NCBI RefSeq assembly: GCF_001945605.1
Contig: NZ_MPKA01000086.1
Span: 61,045-93,044 of the forward strand
Direction: 5' to 3'
DNA from: Dubosiella newyorkensis
GTDB taxonomy: Bacteria > Bacillota_I > Bacilli_A > Erysipelotrichales > Erysipelotrichaceae
DNA: 32,000 nucleotides
Part shown: in pieces, positions 9,419-17,668 of the stretch
How the letters are laid out: every line of letters starts with the position of its first letter
Position numbering within the stretch: position 1 is the first letter of the stretch
Notes under the pieces: generated by a model
What the model saw: the letters and a program-made list of their open reading frames with translations, nothing else
What the model was told of the DNA's origin: nothing
Databases searched by the model: none
Position numbers and translations under genes: made by a program

Positions 9419-9448
9419 TTAAACCTCTGAAAATTCAAGTGGTAGAAT
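9419..9448 (+). promoter_or_regulatory. Candidate IS3 transposase promoter
   Basis: TTAAAC, an 18-nt spacer, then the extended -10 TGGTAGAAT, about 45 nt upstream of the orfA ATG. Confidence 0.35.
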
Positions 9449-9494
9449 GTCATAAGAAGAACAATTTGAATTCCAGAATGAGGAGGAATGAAAA

Positions 9495-9782
9495 ATGGCA
9501 AAACATTATGACAGAGAATTTAAAGAACAGGTGATTCAGTATGTACTCGATCATCCTGATCTTCCCTACACGCAGATCGCCAAACAGTTCGGAGTCCATG
9601 ACACAACAATTGGAGGATGGGTAAAAAGCTATAAAGAGCATGACGATCAAGTCATTGTTCGAGGGTCTGGCAACTACAGCAGCGATGAAGCCAAAGAGAT
9701 CGCTCATCTTAAAAAAGAGCTCAAAGACACGCAGGACGCACTGAATGTATTAAAAAAAGCGATCAGTATACTCGGCAAATAA
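9495..9782 (+). CDS. IS3-family transposase OrfA (HTH)
   Basis: 95 aa with a GAGGAGG SD. The sequence MAKHYDREFKEQVIQYVL...IAKQFGVHDTTIGGWVK is typical of IS3 OrfA. Confidence 0.85.
   Translation: MAKHYDREFKEQVIQYVLDHPDLPYTQIAKQFGVHDTTIGGWVKSYKEHDDQVIVRGSGNYSSDEAKEIAHLKKELKDTQDALNVLKKAISILGK
9752..9759 (+). promoter_or_regulatory. Programmed -1 ribosomal frameshift site (A7G) of the IS3 element
   Basis: TTA AAA AAA GCG lies in the orfA frame. My -1 frame translation from here reads KKSDQYTRQITARILYRSVREYKEKH...SGYYKHL..., running continuously into the orfB frame of track ORF 9896..11089. Confidence 0.6.
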
Positions 9783-10597
9783 CAGCTCGTATCCTCTATC
9801 GATCGGTTCGGGAATACAAAGAGAAACATCCCAAAGCATCGGTAGCGGGTATACTGGCAAAACGGGATAAGAGCACTTCCGGCTACTACAAGCATTTGAG
9901 ATCCAAACCATCCAAGACAAAAGTCCGGCGGGAAAAAACAAAAAAAGCAATCGTCAAGATCTACAACGATTCGCACCAGATCTATGGCTCTCCCAAGATT
10001 GCCGTGATCCTCCACAAGCATGGAATCCAAGGATGCCAGAAGTATGTCTATTCGATCATGAAAGAAGCCAATATCAAACCGAAATATCTGAAACACAAGA
10101 TAAAAACGACCATATCTAAAGGAAATGATCGAAAACTTCACAATCTTCTGAAAAGACAATTCAATCCAAAAGATCTAGAGCGCGTATGGTGTACCGATAT
10201 CACCTACATCTGGACAGAAGAAGGATTTGACTATCTGACCAGCGTGATGGATCTGTATTCCAGAAAAATAGTCGGGTGGGTGATGACTCGAAATATGGAA
10301 GCCGCAAAAGTTCTGGAGTGTATAGAAATAGCCAAAAGAAGACGAGGAATCAAAAAGCCATTGGTGATCCACAGCGATCAAGGAGTGCAGTACACAAGCG
10401 AAGAATACAAAAACAAGACAGAAGGAATGGAAAGATCGTATTCGAGAAAAGGCAATCCATGGGACAACGCCTGCATCGAAAGCTTTCATTCACTGATCAA
10501 GAGAGAATGGATCAACTTCTACCATTTCGAAACGATGAAAGAAGCGAAGAAAGCCGTATTCGAATATATAGAAGGATTCTACAATACGATCCGGATC
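9752..10597 (+). pseudogene. IS3-family transposase OrfB (DDE/rve), 3'-truncated and fused in frame to foreign sequence
   Basis: DDE core motifs WCTDITYI, HSDQGVQYTS and NACIESFHSLIKRE are present. The C-terminal HSHCGYESPMEYENNYKILKK... tail seen in copy 2 is absent here. Confidence 0.8.
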
Positions 10598-11400
10598 ATC
10601 AATGGAGCGTATATCAAAGAGGGAAATACTATCAAATATCGCCTTCCATATCATATTTTGGTCGGAACACAAATGCTGGAATATGATCGATCTTTTTTAG
10701 GGGCCCGATTGTTCATGAACCAGTTCAATGGCAATTTGATCGTTTCTGGGGCTTTTGGGCTCTTTCAAAAGAAGGCTATCGTACAAGTGGGCAGCTATGC
10801 GCGAGATTCGCTAGGCGAAGATATGGAACTTGTCATGAAGCTCCATGCCTATTTTCGGCAAAATCAGCTTCCGTATACGATCGAATACGTGCCGCAAGCG
10901 GTATGCTGGACTCAAGTGCCGACTTCAGTCAAAAATATTTTCACCCAGCGAAGGCGGTGGCATGTTGGATTGATCCAATGCTTGAACAAGTATCGAAGAA
11001 TGCTTTTTCGCTGCGCTTTGGTCCGCTTGGCTGGTTCTCGTACCCTTATTATTTGTTTTATGAATACTTGGCCCCGATCATTGAAGTGATCGGTGTTGTC
11101 GTGACTTTGTTGACACTTGTTATCAATATCATCAACATTCCGTATACGATCGTTTTTTTCTTTGTGTATTTTGTTTTTGGGATCATCATGGGCATCAGCG
11201 CTTTTTTAGCGAGGATCTATTCCCAGAACGTCTATCTTTCAAGACGCGATATTTTTCGAGCGATTGTTTTGGCTTTCGTGGAAGTGTTCTTCACCCAGTT
11301 CGTCATATTGTCCGCGAGGATCAGCGTGCTCTTCTTGATCTGCAAGAAAAAGCTAGAATGGGGAACGATCCAGCGCAACGGTTTTGGCGAAGAGCGATAA
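10598..11400 (+). pseudogene. C-terminal remnant of a GT2 processive glycosyltransferase (PgaC/IcaA/cellulose-synthase-like), with internal frameshift
   Basis: Contains SGAFGLFQKKAIVQVG, GEDMELVMKL and the QRRRW motif, followed by transmembrane helices. The frame changes near 10990-11010, which is the junction of track ORFs 9896..11089 and 10903..11400. The N-terminal catalytic half is missing. Confidence 0.75.
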
Positions 11401-11403
11401 GAT

Positions 11404-11431
11404 TTGCAAAATATACATTAAACTGTATAAT
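11404..11431 (+). promoter_or_regulatory. Candidate promoter of the yhfZ-like regulator gene
   Basis: TTGCAA (11404-11409), a 16-nt spacer, then the extended -10 TGTATAAT (11424-11431). Confidence 0.5.
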
Positions 11432-11493
11432 AGAAGCCATAAAGGAACACGGTCATCGCATCGGATTTGAACGACCGTAAATTGGGTGGACCT

Positions 11494-12417
11494 ATGGAGA
11501 TTCATGATCTGTTATACAGCAAGAATGGGCTTTCAACGAAAATATTAGCCAAACGTATGCTTTGTTTTGAGGAAGGAGAGAGGATCCCGACTGTCAGCGA
11601 ATGGAACAAGGAGATCCATTTAGCAAGAGGCACCGTGCAAAACGCGCTCAAGCTCCTTCAAAGCTGCGGAGCTGTCGTTTTAGAGGCGCATGGACAATCA
11701 GGGACGCTGTTGAAAAAGAAGGATATGGCAAAGCTCTTAGAGATCTCGGGGATCACGCAAATCTTAGGTGTGATGCCTTTGCCTTATTCAAAACGGTATG
11801 AAGGATTGGCGACTGGCTTGGTGGCGAATGTCGAAAATCGGTATGATATTCCTGTTTCGCTCGCTTTTATGCGCGGATCTAAAAATCGGGTATCTATGGT
11901 GCTTTGCGACCGGTACGATTTCGCGATCATTTCAAGATATGCCGCCGAAAAAATGATTGAGGACGGTTTAGAAATCGAGATCGTCAAAAGCTTAGGGATG
12001 TTTTCCTATTTATCCAAGCATGTGCTAATGTTTCATGATCCGTATGTCGGCAGCATAGAAGATGGGATGAAGATCGGTGTCGATGGCTCTTCGGTCGATC
12101 AAAAGAAGATGAGCGAGATCGCTTGCCGAAATAAATCGGTTCAGTACGTGGAAGTCGAATATACGCAAGTGGTGAAGAAAGTCATTTCTGGCGAAATCGA
12201 CGCGGCCGTATGGAATATGGACGAAATCCAGGAAAAGCTTTACTCGATGAATTATATTCCGCTCTCGATCGATGACGACAAAGATACCGAAGCGGTGATC
12301 GTCACCCATCGCACGCGTCAAGAAGTGGCGAAGATCCTGGATGATTTGATCCAGACGGATTTTGTCCGCAAAAATCAGCAGCTCGTCATTGAGGGCAAGA
12401 TGATCCCCAGTTATTGA
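11494..12417 (+). CDS. yhfZ: YhfZ family putative transcriptional regulator (winged-helix N-terminus plus solute-binding-like C-terminal domain)
   Basis: 307 aa from the ATG at 11494, with a GGGTGGA SD; the track ORF starts at a TTG at 11467. It has a GntR-like HTH (IPTVSEWNKEIHLARGTVQNALKLLQSCGAV). Size and gene context match E. coli YhfZ (about 300 aa). Confidence 0.75.
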   Translation: MEIHDLLYSKNGLSTKILAKRMLCFEEGERIPTVSEWNKEIHLARGTVQNALKLLQSCGAVVLEAHGQSGTLLKKKDMAKLLEISGITQILGVMPLPYSKRYEGLATGLVANVENRYDIPVSLAFMRGSKNRVSMVLCDRYDFAIISRYAAEKMIEDGLEIEIVKSLGMFSYLSKHVLMFHDPYVGSIEDGMKIGVDGSSVDQKKMSEIACRNKSVQYVEVEYTQVVKKVISGEIDAAVWNMDEIQEKLYSMNYIPLSIDDDKDTEAVIVTHRTRQEVAKILDDLIQTDFVRKNQQLVIEGKMIPSY

Positions 12418-12443
12418 GACAGGAATTCCTGTCTTTTTTTTTT
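12418..12443 (+). terminator. Rho-independent terminator after yhfZ
   Basis: GACAGG-AATT-CCTGTC hairpin (12418-12433) followed by T10. Confidence 0.8.
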
Positions 12444-12456
12444 GGAAGCGCTAAAC

Positions 12457-12485
12457 TTGACATAGAAAGGGTATATCCTTATGAT
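12457..12485 (+). promoter_or_regulatory. Candidate promoter of the yhfY-to-exporter operon
   Basis: TTGACA (12457-12462), a 17-nt spacer, then TATGAT (12480-12485). Confidence 0.55.
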
Positions 12486-12503
12486 TTACCTGTAAATATA
12501 AAT

Positions 12504-12572
12504 TATTTTGTATATTTTAGAACGGAGAGAGAAAAGGAGGCTTTATTTTTTTTAACACAAATATACAAAATA
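12504..12572 (+). promoter_or_regulatory. 14-bp inverted repeat pair in the operon leader (operator pair or RNA stem)
   Basis: TATTTTGTATATTT (12504-12517) is the exact reverse complement of AAATATACAAAATA (12559-12572), with 41 nt between them. The pair lies between the promoter and the yhfY SD. Confidence 0.35.
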
Positions 12573-12607
12573 TTATATATTGGTTATTTTATATGAAGGA
12601 GGTACCT

Positions 12608-12955
12608 ATGGATCATTTAGAACTTCTACAATCCTCAGGTTTGATCGCGCAAGAAACATGCTTGAAAGCAAAAAAAGTCGAAATCGAGTGTATCCAACGT
12701 TTTGGAAACTCTGAAAAGACCGAAATGTTTATCACCCATTACGCTCTCGCCTTAGAACGACATCAAAAAGGCGAAATTATTCCTGGACTTCAAAAAGAAG
12801 CCGTCGCTGAAATTTATAGTCATCCTGATCTCGAGGCTTGTCGTCAATTTTTAGACGAGCTCGAATTACTGAGCGGATCGGATCTTTCTTCGATCGAAGA
12901 AGAATTCATCTTGATCCATCTTTTGAATCTCATCAACGAAAAAAACAATAAATAA
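12608..12955 (+). CDS. yhfY: YhfY-like small PRD-domain protein
   Basis: 115 aa from the ATG at 12608, directly preceded by GAAGGAGG; the track start at 12593 lies inside that SD. It has a PRD-like histidine context (FITHYALALERHQKG). Size and position match E. coli YhfY (120 aa). Confidence 0.7.
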   Translation: MDHLELLQSSGLIAQETCLKAKKVEIECIQRFGNSEKTEMFITHYALALERHQKGEIIPGLQKEAVAEIYSHPDLEACRQFLDELELLSGSDLSSIEEEFILIHLLNLINEKNNK

Positions 12956-12966
12956 GAGGAGTGCTT

Positions 12967-14289
12967 ATGTTCAACTATATCATTGCCGCATTGATCGGCG
13001 CGATGTCTGCCGTATTGGCAAACCGGAATATTGCCGTCTATAACGATGGCTTCCGACCTGTCTATACAGAATATCTCAATGGAAATATGGACCGCAAAAC
13101 TCTGGCCACTACTTCGTTTGCGGTCAGCATCGGTCTAGTCATCGGATTTGCTTTCACGAATTCGATCGCGATGGGGATCGTCATCATCCATACATATTTA
13201 TTGATGGGCGATATCATCGGAACATGGTTCCCGGACAATAAAAAAGGATTGATCCTTTCTGCAATCGTCGGGGCTCTGTGGGGAATCGCCGTCGTAACCT
13301 TCATGTCGTCGATCCAAGCCTTCTTCGCGATGTTCCCAGTCAACTTCCTGCCACAACTTGCCGGCGTGGCGGACTATGTTGTCGCGACATTCGCTGTGTT
13401 CCCGGCATTGGTGGTCGCTTATCAAAATGGAGTCAAAAAAGGGATCATTACAGCAATCGTGACATTGGTTGGCTATATGCTTGTCGCGCGCTTCGGTGTA
13501 TTTCAGATCGGGGATTTCACGCTTGCTCTCAACGCGCCAGGTATGGCGATGCTGATTGGCACGATCGTCATGATAGTCTTTGCCGTCAAGACAAAAACAG
13601 ATGCGCAGGGCGCGGATCTTACGAATATTTTTAGCGCCAACATCGATGTGATCAAGAAAAACTGGTTCTATTTCGCGATCATGGGTGGACTTCTAGCGTG
13701 CGCGGCCTCGCAATGCTATTTGACGACAGATGTGATTTCGGGTCCTCTTGCGTTGAAAGGATCGTTTGCGGAAGCGGCTTTGGTCGCGATGGTCAGAGCG
13801 ATCGGCTACATTCCTTTAGTGTATACGACAGCGATCGTTACAGGTGTCTTCTCGCCAGCCGGTTCTTATTTTAGTATCGCAGGTGGATTATTCGTAGCGG
13901 CCATGGGTCTAAGCATGCCAATGGAACCGATCGTAGCCTTCTTAGTTGGAGCGCTGATCATGGGTTTAGAAATCGTTTTGCTTGGCACGATTGGAAGCTT
14001 GCTGGATAAATTCCCGGCCTTAAGAGAACTAGGCGATCATATTCGCGACGCGATGTCAAAGATCCTAGAGCTCGCCCTTCTAGTTGGAGGATTCACTTCG
14101 TCTTTTGCGATCATGAATGAAGTAGGCCTCGGCTCTCTTGGCCCGATGGCGGTCATGATCATTTGGATGCTGAATAAATCGGCGAAAAAGCCGATGCTCA
14201 TACCATTAGCCGTTGGTCCTGTTGTCGCGATCCTTTTAGGAATCGTCGCCAATTTGATCAAGATCTTAGGTCTAGCTGTGATCGTATAA
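12967..14289 (+). CDS. yhfT: YhfT family polytopic inner-membrane protein (presumed transporter)
   Basis: 440 aa from the ATG at 12967 with a GAGGAG SD. The N-terminus AVYNDGFRPV parallels E. coli YhfT AVFHDGIRPI as I recall it. It has more than 10 hydrophobic helices. Confidence 0.8.
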   Translation: MFNYIIAALIGAMSAVLANRNIAVYNDGFRPVYTEYLNGNMDRKTLATTSFAVSIGLVIGFAFTNSIAMGIVIIHTYLLMGDIIGTWFPDNKKGLILSAIVGALWGIAVVTFMSSIQAFFAMFPVNFLPQLAGVADYVVATFAVFPALVVAYQNGVKKGIITAIVTLVGYMLVARFGVFQIGDFTLALNAPGMAMLIGTIVMIVFAVKTKTDAQGADLTNIFSANIDVIKKNWFYFAIMGGLLACAASQCYLTTDVISGPLALKGSFAEAALVAMVRAIGYIPLVYTTAIVTGVFSPAGSYFSIAGGLFVAAMGLSMPMEPIVAFLVGALIMGLEIVLLGTIGSLLDKFPALRELGDHIRDAMSKILELALLVGGFTSSFAIMNEVGLGSLGPMAVMIIWMLNKSAKKPMLIPLAVGPVVAILLGIVANLIKILGLAVIV

Positions 14290-14332
14290 AACAAGCTTAA
14301 TGAAAAGAACAATAGAATAGGAGAAAAAAAAG

Positions 14333-14692
14333 ATGTTAAAAATCGTAGTAGGCGGTGCCTTGAATAAAAACGAAAACGCGGAATTGATCGAAAAATATGG
14401 AAATGGACAAGTCGAAGTCAAAGTCATGGGAGACTTGCAGGCAGCGATGGCTTTAAAAAACGGACAAGCCGATTATTATTTTGGATCTTGTCAAACTGGC
14501 GCTGGAGGCGCTTTGTCGATGGCGATCGCTCTGAATGGAATGAGCAAGTGCGTTCCAGTGGCGATGGTCGGAAAAGTGCTGAGCGATGAAGAAATCGAGC
14601 AAGCGATCAAGGATGGAAAAACGGCGTTTGGATTCGTACCTGAAGCGGCTGCTTCGGTGATTCCTGTGATCATGGATGTGCTGTTGAAATGA
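14333..14692 (+). CDS. yhfU: YhfU family protein (DUF2620)
   Basis: 119 aa. The sequence ADYYFGSCQTGAGGALSMAIAL closely parallels the E. coli YhfU motif DYYIGACNTGAGAALSIAIA as I recall it. Confidence 0.8.
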   Translation: MLKIVVGGALNKNENAELIEKYGNGQVEVKVMGDLQAAMALKNGQADYYFGSCQTGAGGALSMAIALNGMSKCVPVAMVGKVLSDEEIEQAIKDGKTAFGFVPEAAASVIPVIMDVLLK

Positions 14693-15732
14693 GCCGGGTC
14701 AAAAATTACGCCAAAAAGACGCTTCTAGCAACACTTGATCCAGGGCATTCGATCGATCATCTTTTCATGAACGCCCTGGATTCGATCGAAGAAGACAACG
14801 ACATTCAATATATGGGTGTCAAAAATGTCCGCCAGATCCCCACCTCCTTCATTCAAACGCTCATAGACAACGGGTTCGCGCTTCATACTTATGATGGCCA
14901 CAGCCACAATGGTAGAGCCATCGATTACGCAAGGATCAATCCGATCACTGGAAAATGGATGACAGGCTCTTCGAGCGGAAGCGCGATCAATGTCTTTTAT
15001 GGCATCAACGATCTAGGGATCGGGACGGATGGTGGCGGATCGGTTCTAGCTCCCGCTCTTGCCGTCAACTGTTTTGGCTTTATTAGTCCACTACTGGCGG
15101 AAGAGAAGATGAAACGATTCACGAAAAAATCAACCGATGGGATCGAGTTTTATCCATCGCTTGGCTTTATCTCGAACTCTTGGAAGACGATGGTCAAGGC
15201 GATCGAAGCCACTTTGCCACTTCCTAAAGCTCAAAAGCCGATCCTCCTTCACGCGCCAGAAGGCTTGATCGACTCTTTGCCAAAGGAAAGCAAAAATGTG
15301 CTACAAAAATCAGGATTGAAATTTGAAACAGTAAAGATACCATGTTTTGAAGATGAGAGGCAGCCAATGATCGAATTTTTATCCAAAGAGCTGCAAGAAT
15401 GCGATGTGTTCTTGAACTTCGAAAACAAAGTCGATTTTTATGGACTTGGCGATAGCGTGCTTGGTCATTTTGATCAAGAAACAAAGGCGTTCCAAAACAA
15501 AAGTGGCAAAACGCTCATTCGTGTAGCCAATATGGTCAAAGCGACAGCCTTATGCGTTCCTGCTTTCGAGCTATCTAGCGGCTTTACTCTTTATTGTTCT
15601 TCCTCGCTTGAGAAGATCGCGGATCTATTGAAGATCGCAAACACTTTACGGGTGAAAGAAGACGAGCTGATCCAACGCTATTTTCGTGATACAGCTCCTT
15701 ATTTTGAACAAGGTTTGATATGGAACCATTAG
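14689..15732 (+). CDS. Short amidase-signature (AS) family protein
   Basis: 347 aa with an ATGA start/stop overlap with yhfU. MTGSSSGSAINVFYGINDLGIGTDGGGSVLAPA matches the AS core (GGSSGGSA...GTDxGGSIRxPA). The protein is about 100 aa shorter than canonical amidases. Confidence 0.6.
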   Translation: MSRVKNYAKKTLLATLDPGHSIDHLFMNALDSIEEDNDIQYMGVKNVRQIPTSFIQTLIDNGFALHTYDGHSHNGRAIDYARINPITGKWMTGSSSGSAINVFYGINDLGIGTDGGGSVLAPALAVNCFGFISPLLAEEKMKRFTKKSTDGIEFYPSLGFISNSWKTMVKAIEATLPLPKAQKPILLHAPEGLIDSLPKESKNVLQKSGLKFETVKIPCFEDERQPMIEFLSKELQECDVFLNFENKVDFYGLGDSVLGHFDQETKAFQNKSGKTLIRVANMVKATALCVPAFELSSGFTLYCSSSLEKIADLLKIANTLRVKEDELIQRYFRDTAPYFEQGLIWNH

Positions 15733-16574
15733 AAGGGTATACATTGATGCATGAACATATGCATCTCGATCTATCTTACGTCAAGCACGATCCAGATACT
15801 TGTCTAGACTGCTTTGAACAAACACTAAAAGAACTGCAAGAACTCTACGCCAAAGGCGTGCGTCGGATTTTAGAAGTCAGCAATATCGGAATGGGGCGGG
15901 ATCTTGCGTGGATCCAAAAGCTCGAAAAACGATCGGGAATCCAGATCGTGACTTCTACCGGATTTTATAAAGAGCCATTTCTTCCAGATCTAAGCGTGGA
16001 GGAAATGGCGGCCTTGATGATCGAGGATCTAAAGAGTCAAAAAGCGCAAGTCATTGGCGAAATTGGAACATCGTATCAAAAATGGAAAGAACAAGAACGC
16101 AAAGTGTTCGAGGCAGCCGTTTTGGCGCATCAAGAAACAGGCGCGCTGATCACGACGCATACGACCTTAGGAACGCTTGGTCTTGAACAAGCGCGCTATT
16201 TGATCGAGAACGGTGTGGATCCAGATCGGATCATCATTGGACATATGGATCTGAGCAACGATTTGCATACGATCTTAGACGTGCTCGCTCTTGGTGTCAA
16301 TATTGGATTCGATACGATCGGGAAAACGAATTACTTGCTGGATGAAAGGCGTGTCGAGCTTCTTTGCGAGCTCGAGAAAAGAGGGCTGATCGATCATGTC
16401 GTTCTTTCGATGGATATCACGCGTAAAACGCAGCTCAAAGATTTTAAAGGAAAGGGATACGCCTATTTGCTCGATACGTTCGTGCCATTGCTTAGAAAGG
16501 CGAATATGAAGGAAACATCGATCCAACAGATGCTCAAACAAACACCAAACCGTTTATTAGGAGGTAAGCTATGA
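15720..16574 (+). CDS. php: Phosphotriesterase homology protein (amidohydrolase superfamily, PHP/COG1735)
   Basis: 284 aa. It aligns by eye with E. coli Php along its whole length: GYTLMHEHMHLDLS, GEIGTS, ITTHT, GHMDL, FDTIGK, VLSMDITRK. Confidence 0.9.
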   Translation: MEPLEGYTLMHEHMHLDLSYVKHDPDTCLDCFEQTLKELQELYAKGVRRILEVSNIGMGRDLAWIQKLEKRSGIQIVTSTGFYKEPFLPDLSVEEMAALMIEDLKSQKAQVIGEIGTSYQKWKEQERKVFEAAVLAHQETGALITTHTTLGTLGLEQARYLIENGVDPDRIIIGHMDLSNDLHTILDVLALGVNIGFDTIGKTNYLLDERRVELLCELEKRGLIDHVVLSMDITRKTQLKDFKGKGYAYLLDTFVPLLRKANMKETSIQQMLKQTPNRLLGGKL

Positions 16575-17668
16575 AAACGTATCCGCTCGAAAGCATATCG
16601 CTAAAACAAGCCAAAGAATTTCAATTCAAGATGGTCGACGCGATCACAAAGACTTTTTCGGGAAAAGAAAGCTTGAGTCGGGGCGATCTAGGAGTCGTTC
16701 CTGGCTTGAACAAGCCGAAAACGACATGGAAAGCGGAACAGGCGATCGCGCGCTTTTTCGATGCCGAAGCGGCGATGCTTGTCCGTGGTTCGGGGACGGG
16801 AGCGATCCGTTACGCTCTTTTTGCGACCACGAAACCCAATGGAAAGCTTCTTGTTCACTCGGCTCCGATCTACAGCACGACAGAAACTTCGATCCGAATG
16901 CTAGGGCTTGTTCCGATCATGGCGGATTTCAACGATCCAGAAATGATCAAACAAGTCATGCAGGAGAATCCGGATATCGAGGCCGCGCTCATTCAATATA
17001 CAAGACAGGTTCCAGAGGATCATTACGATATTAAGGAAGTCATCGAGACGATCAAAGCACAAAAAGAGATCCCGATCGTCACGGATGACAACTACGCGGT
17101 GATGAAGGTCAGCAAGATCGGAAGCGAGTGCGGGGCGGATCTTTCGTGCTTTTCCACTTTCAAGCTGCAAGGACCCGAGGGAATTGGATGTATTGTCGGA
17201 AAGAAAAAATATATAGATGCTTTGATCAAAGAACACTACTCAGGCGGCTCGCAAACGCAAGGCTGGGAAGCGATGGAAGTGCTTCGAGGTCTTGTCAGCG
17301 CGCCTGTCGCATTAGCTATCCAAGCCGAAGTCAACGAAGAACTGCTTCAAAGAATCCAAGAGCTGCCGCAAGTCAAAGACGCTTTTCTTGCCAACGCTCA
17401 ATCTAAAGTGCTAATCGTAGAGTTTCATGAACCGATCGCGCAAAAAGTACTTGAGCGAGCTGAAAAGCTAGGGGCTTTGCCAAATCCAGTTGGAGCGGAA
17501 TCAAAATACGAGATCGCGCCGATGTTCTATCGTGTCTCGGGCACGTTCATCAAATCGGATCCTTCTCGCAAAGATTCGATGATCCGGATCAATCCGAATC
17601 GAAGCGGAGCAGATACGATCGTATCGATCTTGAAGCAGGCGCTGGAAAGCGAGGAAGCATGTTCCTAA
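16571..17668 (+). CDS. yhfS: YhfS-like PLP-dependent enzyme (aminotransferase class V-like fold)
   Basis: 365 aa (E. coli YhfS is about 361 aa) with an ATGA overlap with php. A candidate PLP lysine lies in CFSTFKLQGPEG. Confidence 0.75.
   Translation: MKTYPLESISLKQAKEFQFKMVDAITKTFSGKESLSRGDLGVVPGLNKPKTTWKAEQAIARFFDAEAAMLVRGSGTGAIRYALFATTKPNGKLLVHSAPIYSTTETSIRMLGLVPIMADFNDPEMIKQVMQENPDIEAALIQYTRQVPEDHYDIKEVIETIKAQKEIPIVTDDNYAVMKVSKIGSECGADLSCFSTFKLQGPEGIGCIVGKKKYIDALIKEHYSGGSQTQGWEAMEVLRGLVSAPVALAIQAEVNEELLQRIQELPQVKDAFLANAQSKVLIVEFHEPIAQKVLERAEKLGALPNPVGAESKYEIAPMFYRVSGTFIKSDPSRKDSMIRINPNRSGADTIVSILKQALESEEACS

Larger units (their letters stand above)
9393..10597 (+). mobile_element. IS3-family insertion sequence, copy 1, 3' end deleted
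   Basis: The left end, starting at about 9393-9396, is repeated at 30234-30350. It has the orfA/orfB layout with an A7G slippery site. Similarity to copy 2 (31121-31742, minus strand) stops abruptly after CCGGATC at 10597, so about the last 30 codons of orfB and the right inverted repeat are missing. The exact left terminus is uncertain by a few nt. Confidence 0.85.

Noticed and set aside
9896-11089. Track ORF of 397 aa that looks like one large protein
   Set aside because: It is a chimera. The first part is IS3 OrfB, which is normally reached by frameshifting from orfA. The part after 10597 is the C-terminal half of a GT2 synthase. The fusion is an in-frame accident of a deletion, and the GT2 part is itself frameshifted near 11000.
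12414-12596. 60-aa ORF in the yhfZ-yhfY intergenic region
   Set aside because: It runs through the yhfZ terminator hairpin, the T-run and the operon promoter. It has no SD and has low-complexity AT-rich codons. It is spurious.
13062-13634. Overlapping ORFs inside yhfT (13062..13343-, 13198..13425-, 13278..13634+)
   Set aside because: They are shadow ORFs within a long, well-supported membrane-protein gene. They have no SD, and their Arg/Cys/His-rich or otherwise odd composition is typical of out-of-frame translation.
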